From: Candidatus Polarisedimenticolaceae bacterium
GTDB lineage: Bacteria; Acidobacteriota; Polarisedimenticolia; Polarisedimenticolales; DASRJG01
Assembly (NCBI GenBank): GCA_036275915.1
Contig: DASUCV010000009.1
Location: forward strand, 223,198-287,197
Length of the DNA: 64,000 bases
Direction: 5' to 3'
Each line of letters starts with the position of its first letter. Position 1 is the first letter of the stretch. The notes below the pieces were generated by a model. It had not been told where the DNA came from and did not search any database. It saw nothing but the letters and a program-made list of their open reading frames with translations. Position numbers and translations under genes: made by a program. Shown in pieces: positions 60,320-64,000 of the stretch.

Positions 60320-63154
60320 TTACTGTCCCCTTACGACCTTCCGAACCTGATCGAACCAGTTGAGGATCTCCACGACACGGTCGCCCGGATACTGGGCGGC
60401 CACCGGCCTCACGCCGAGGAAGCGCTCGCCGTCGGCGGCGAACCCGTTCAGCTCGACGAAGTCCGAGGGGATCTTCACGAGATCCCTCGGTAGGCCGGCC
60501 GAGATCCCGCTCGCGGTCGCCGAGAGCGGGACGGACATGAGCCAACGATCCGGTCCTTCTTCGCGCACGTACACCAGCTCGTTCCCGCGAGGAGACCAAT
60601 GGGGCAGGGTGCCTCCGCCGCGCGAGACCTGCCACGTTCCGTTCCCCGTCGGCAGCGGCCGGATGTAGACCTCCCAGTGCCCACCGACGTTCGTCTGATA
60701 GGCGAGCCAACGGCCGTCGGGAGAAACGGCAGGGCTCGCGGGATTGGTCTCTCCGAATCCCGTGAGGCGCCGCGAGTCTCCGCCTTCCGTGCGTGTGAGG
60801 TAGATGGCATCCGGTGCCAAGTGGACGACTCCCGGCCCCTCCTCCGTGCGAACGACGAGTCTCGCGAATTCGCCGTCGACGTCGATCGGAAGACGCCGGG
60901 GCGCGCCGGTCCCATCGGCGTCGGCCGCATACAGGTGCAGGGTGGCGCCCCCTTCCGCGTCGGAGGAAACGAGCAGCTGGCGCCCATCGGGAAACCAGGA
61001 CCGGAGCGCGATATTTCCCGCGGACCTGGCACGGGTCGTCGATCGCCGGTCCAGGTCGTAGACGGCGACCGTGTCGGTGGCGCCGAACACCGTCGAAGCG
61101 ATCCGCGTCCCGTCGGGTGACAGGATCGGCCGGTAGTAGGGCTCCAGCGGAGCCCCCACGGACGTGACGTTCCCCCGCCGGTCGAGCCAGACGAGCTCGT
61201 TGCGCGCGATGTCCTCGCCTCCTGGGACGAAGACGATCGCCCCCGCATCGGAAGCGACGGCGAACTGCGCGGCGCCGCTGCCCGGCGACGTCATCACGTT
61301 CGACAGGATGCGGACCGGTGGCCCGGTGACTTTCTCAGACCGGAGGTCGAAGGGCACCGCCACGATGGCGCCGTCCCGCGCGTAGACGATGTGGCCGGTC
61401 GGGAGGTACCTGGCGAACGACCCGCCGCGAATGAGCGTCTTCCAGGACTTCGTGTCGAGGTCGAGCAGGGCGATCTCGCCTTCGTCGAACGACGTGATCC
61501 CTTCCTTCTTGATCGTGAAGAGCAGGTGGCGGCCGTCGGGAAGCGCGGACGGCCAGCGGTGGGACACCTCTCCCTTGGAGGTGTCGGGAACGGTGAGCGT
61601 CAGGGCCGCGCCACCGTTCTCTCCCACCATCATCAAGCCGGCTTTCGCCGCCGGAGAGAAGACGATCCCCCGTTGCGTCCAGGCGGCCCCCTTCATCCCA
61701 CCCACGCTGAGGTTCTCGGTGATGAGGGTCGGCGAAGCGCCGTCGAGACTGACCTTGTAGAGGCCGCGCCCGGAGAAACCGAGCCACTTGCCGTCCGGAG
61801 AGAAGAACGGGTCGAAGGCGGCGTTCGCCGCATCGGGTGAGGCCACACACCGGGTGGCGATCTCGTCGGCCCGGCGCACGCAGATCGACCAATCGATCCC
61901 GTTCGTCCGTGGCGTCTTTCCGAAGTAGGCGATCGTCATCCCGTCGGCCGTGACGGCCACGCTCGAGTGGTCCGAGGCGCGAAAGCCCGGGTGAGCCGGA
62001 TCGGTGACGTCGACCCTGAGCGGGATCACGGGCGCGTTGCCGGCGTGGATGTCCGGACCGGAGCGCGGGGCCCTCATCGCGATCGCCGCCGACACGACGG
62101 CGGCGACGACCGCGAGACCGGCGATGCTCCACGGGAAGATGTCGCGGCGGCGGCGTGGAACCGATTTCGTCGCGGCTACGGCGCCGGAAGAGGTCCACTC
62201 ACGCCCCTCGCGGACGCGCTCGAGCTCGATTCGCAGGTCGCCGGCATCGCGGAGACGGCGCGTCGGGTCTTTCTCCAGGCATCGCTCGATCAGCTCGCGC
62301 AGACGCGCCGGCGTGCGAGACGGAAGGGCCTCCCAGCTCGGATCCCACTCGATGATCCTGACGAGCACGTCCGTCGCGGTATCGCCCTCGAACGCGCGCT
62401 TCCCGGCGAGGCATTCGTAGAGCACGCAGCCGAGCGACCAGATGTCCGTGCGCCGGTCGACCGGGCGGCCGCGCGCCTGCTCGGGACTCATGTACGGAAC
62501 GGTCCCGATCACCATCCCGGGCTTCGTGAACTGCAGGCTCGCCGTCCGCGACAGACCGAGATCCTCGGCGGCCGGCTCTTCATCGAGCGCCTTCGCCAGA
62601 CCGAAATCGAGGATCTTCACCTTTCCGTCCGGCGTGATCATGACGTTCGAGGGCTTGAGATCCCGGTGCACGATCCCGCTCTCGTGCGCGGATTCGAGGC
62701 CGTCGGCGACCTGGGCGAACACCGACAACGCTTCGTCGATCCGCATGGGACCAGATTTCAGCCGATCGGCCAGCGAGTGCCCCTCGACGAGCTCCATGAC
62801 GAGGAAGTGCGTGTCGTCGTCGAGCTCCTCGAAGCCGTAGACGGCGGCGATGTTCGTGTGGTTGAGCGAGGCGGCGACACGCGCCTCGCGCCGGAACCGC
62901 GCGTTGCGCTCCGGGTCGTTCGCGACCCTCGCCGGCAGCACCTTGATCGCCACCTCTCGATCGAGACGGTCGTCGTGCGCTCGATAAACCTCTCCCATCC
63001 CGCCGCGTCCCAGACGCGAGACGATCCGGTAAGACCCGAGCTGATCGGGAGCCGACGCTTCGAGGCCGAGCCCGAAGAGACATTTGGGGCAGGGCTGGCC
63101 GGCGGGCCGCTCGGTGCCGCACTTCGCGCAACGGACGATCGGCTCGCTCGACAC
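60320..63154 (-). CDS. Membrane Ser/Thr protein kinase with an N-terminal Cys4 zinc-ribbon-like motif and C-terminal TolB-like beta-propellers, 944 aa
   Basis: The N-terminus is MSSEPIVRCAKCGTERPAGQPCPKC. Kinase motifs are GRGGMGEVYRA, VAIK, HRDLKPSN, DFGLAK and SPEQ. TM segment WSIAGLAVVAAVVSAAIAM. Propeller repeats are FSPDGKWLGF, LPDGRHLLF, LSPDGTRIAS, WFPDGRQLLV and VSPDGRWLAY. Confidence 0.9.
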   Translation of the reverse strand: MSSEPIVRCAKCGTERPAGQPCPKCLFGLGLEASAPDQLGSYRIVSRLGRGGMGEVYRAHDDRLDREVAIKVLPARVANDPERNARFRREARVAASLNHTNIAAVYGFEELDDDTHFLVMELVEGHSLADRLKSGPMRIDEALSVFAQVADGLESAHESGIVHRDLKPSNVMITPDGKVKILDFGLAKALDEEPAAEDLGLSRTASLQFTKPGMVIGTVPYMSPEQARGRPVDRRTDIWSLGCVLYECLAGKRAFEGDTATDVLVRIIEWDPSWEALPSRTPARLRELIERCLEKDPTRRLRDAGDLRIELERVREGREWTSSGAVAATKSVPRRRRDIFPWSIAGLAVVAAVVSAAIAMRAPRSGPDIHAGNAPVIPLRVDVTDPAHPGFRASDHSSVAVTADGMTIAYFGKTPRTNGIDWSICVRRADEIATRCVASPDAANAAFDPFFSPDGKWLGFSGRGLYKVSLDGASPTLITENLSVGGMKGAAWTQRGIVFSPAAKAGLMMVGENGGAALTLTVPDTSKGEVSHRWPSALPDGRHLLFTIKKEGITSFDEGEIALLDLDTKSWKTLIRGGSFARYLPTGHIVYARDGAIVAVPFDLRSEKVTGPPVRILSNVMTSPGSGAAQFAVASDAGAIVFVPGGEDIARNELVWLDRRGNVTSVGAPLEPYYRPILSPDGTRIASTVFGATDTVAVYDLDRRSTTRARSAGNIALRSWFPDGRQLLVSSDAEGGATLHLYAADADGTGAPRRLPIDVDGEFARLVVRTEEGPGVVHLAPDAIYLTRTEGGDSRRLTGFGETNPASPAVSPDGRWLAYQTNVGGHWEVYIRPLPTGNGTWQVSRGGGTLPHWSPRGNELVYVREEGPDRWLMSVPLSATASGISAGLPRDLVKIPSDFVELNGFAADGERFLGVRPVAAQYPGDRVVEILNWFDQVRKVVRGQ

Positions 63155-63174
63155 CGTGGGATTTTAGCGTGCCG

Positions 63175-63209
63175 GAGCGCCCCGCGCGGCTCGTCCGCAC
63201 GGGGCGCTC
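63175..63209 (-). terminator. Strong GC hairpin 4 nt after the msrAB stop (possible terminator)
   Basis: GAGCGCCCCG (63175-63184) pairs with CGGGGCGCTC (63200-63209), plus an inner GCGG/CCGC pair around a 5-nt loop. On the minus strand it is followed by CGGCACGCUAAAAUCCC. Confidence 0.4.
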
Positions 63210-63212
63210 ATT

Positions 63213-64000
63213 TCATTGCTTGCTCGTGAAGAGGCGCGCGAGCTCGCCGTATCCTTCCTTATCGAGATTCTCCACCGGGATGAAACGTAGGGCGGCCGAG
63301 TTCATGCAGTAACGCATCCCCGTCGGCGCCGGACCGTCGGCGAAGACGTGCCCCAGATGGGAGTTCGCGAGCTTGCTGCGCACCTCGGTCCTCGACATGG
63401 TCAGACTCCGGTCGTCCTGTGTCGCGATGTGCTTCGGATCGATCGGCTTCGTGAAGCTCGGCCAGCCCGTGCCCGAGTCGAACTTGTCGCGCGAGCTGAA
63501 GAGCGGCTCTCCCGAGACCACGTCGACGTAGATGCCGTCCCTGTGGTTGTCCCAGTAGGCATTGTGGAAGGGAGGCTCGGTCCCCTCCTTCTGCGTGACG
63601 TTGTACTGGAGAAGGTCGAGCTTCGCCCGCAGCGTCTCATCGGCCGGCTTCTTGAACCCATCGCCGGTCCATGCCGTGACCGACTTCGTGCGCCGATGGC
63701 AAGCGGCGGATCCGCCTTTCTCGACGTACTGCTGATGGTAGGCCTCCGCTTTCGTGAACGTCGCCGCCGGAACGATCTCGGTGACGACAGGTGCTGCGAG
63801 CTCACCCGACGACGCGAGCCGCTTCCGCGACGCTTCGGCCCGGGCCTTCTGGTCCTCCGTGAAATAGAAGATGACCGAGCGGTACTGGCTTCCGTGGTCC
63901 GGACCCTGACGGTCGGGAGTCGTCGGGTCGTGGATGCTCCAGAAGAGATCGAGCAGCTCGTCGTAGGAGACGAGCGCCGGATCGTACTCGACCTCGACCG
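63213..64000 (-). CDS. msrAB: Bifunctional peptide-methionine sulfoxide reductase MsrA-MsrB fusion, 5' end outside the window
   Basis: My hand translation upstream of the track ORF stays open to the window edge. It reads ...[45 protein letters not shown]... (MsrA), then ...[51 protein letters not shown]...[11 protein letters not shown] (MsrB). Confidence 0.9.
   Translation of the reverse strand, partial: VEVEYDPALVSYDELLDLFWSIHDPTTPDRQGPDHGSQYRSVIFYFTEDQKARAEASRKRLASSGELAAPVVTEIVPAATFTKAEAYHQQYVEKGGSAACHRRTKSVTAWTGDGFKKPADETLRAKLDLLQYNVTQKEGTEPPFHNAYWDNHRDGIYVDVVSGEPLFSSRDKFDSGTGWPSFTKPIDPKHIATQDDRSLTMSRTEVRSKLANSHLGHVFADGPAPTGMRYCMNSAALRFIPVENLDKEGYGELARLFTSKQ

Overview
This is a very GC-rich, densely coding bacterial chromosomal segment; I estimate about 70% G+C by eye and did not compute it. 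I call 47 protein-coding genes, 35 of them on the minus strand.

I found no rRNA, tRNA or CRISPR array, and no transposase, integrase, IS ends or phage structural genes.

Stop codons are rare at this GC content. Most long ORFs in the supplied track are therefore alternative-frame or antisense artefacts, recognisable as Arg/Pro/Gly/Ala-rich junk. I kept only the frame with family-like sequence and re-derived 14 start codons by hand, checking ATG/GTG plus a Shine-Dalgarno sequence.

Gene content, in order:
- An RND efflux permease that reads in frame into a NodT-type outer-membrane factor.
- An ABC transporter without a binding protein, with a duplicated permease, coupled to a hemerythrin.
- A TatT-type (TPR-protein-associated) TRAP transporter.
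- Three membrane Ser/Thr kinases.
- An amino-acid permease.
- Three GT-C-like membrane proteins, one with TMTC-like architecture.
- Many exported hydrolases: S9, M28, S8, C45 and an amidohydrolase.
- A cysteine synthase-rhodanese fusion.
- An EmrAB-TolC type pump.
- A DEAD-box helicase abutting a YaiI (DUF188) gene.
- An IorAB-type molybdoenzyme.
- An ECF sigma factor.
- A 3'-terminal part of a fused msrAB gene.

Lineage is an inference only. An Acidobacteria-type VWA protein, abundant kinase-TolB-propeller fusions and a MopE-like Cys/Asp motif point to Acidobacteriota or a similar high-GC soil lineage.

I could not recognise a known defence or mobile system. The candidates most worth follow-up are:
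1. The ECF sigma / Ser-Thr kinase / 1232-aa S8-beta-helix surface protein locus (55.8-63.2 kb).
2. The TetR-adjacent C45 Ntn-hydrolase-LRR lipoprotein.
3. A membrane-anchored protein built from about 14 copies of a 22-aa beta-hairpin repeat.
4. A 102-aa protein that is 47% Arg/Lys with no acidic residue (histone-H1-like).
5. The XRE plus two small membrane protein module.
6. The RND-OMF in-frame junction.

All family assignments come from reading motifs by eye. No database search was possible.
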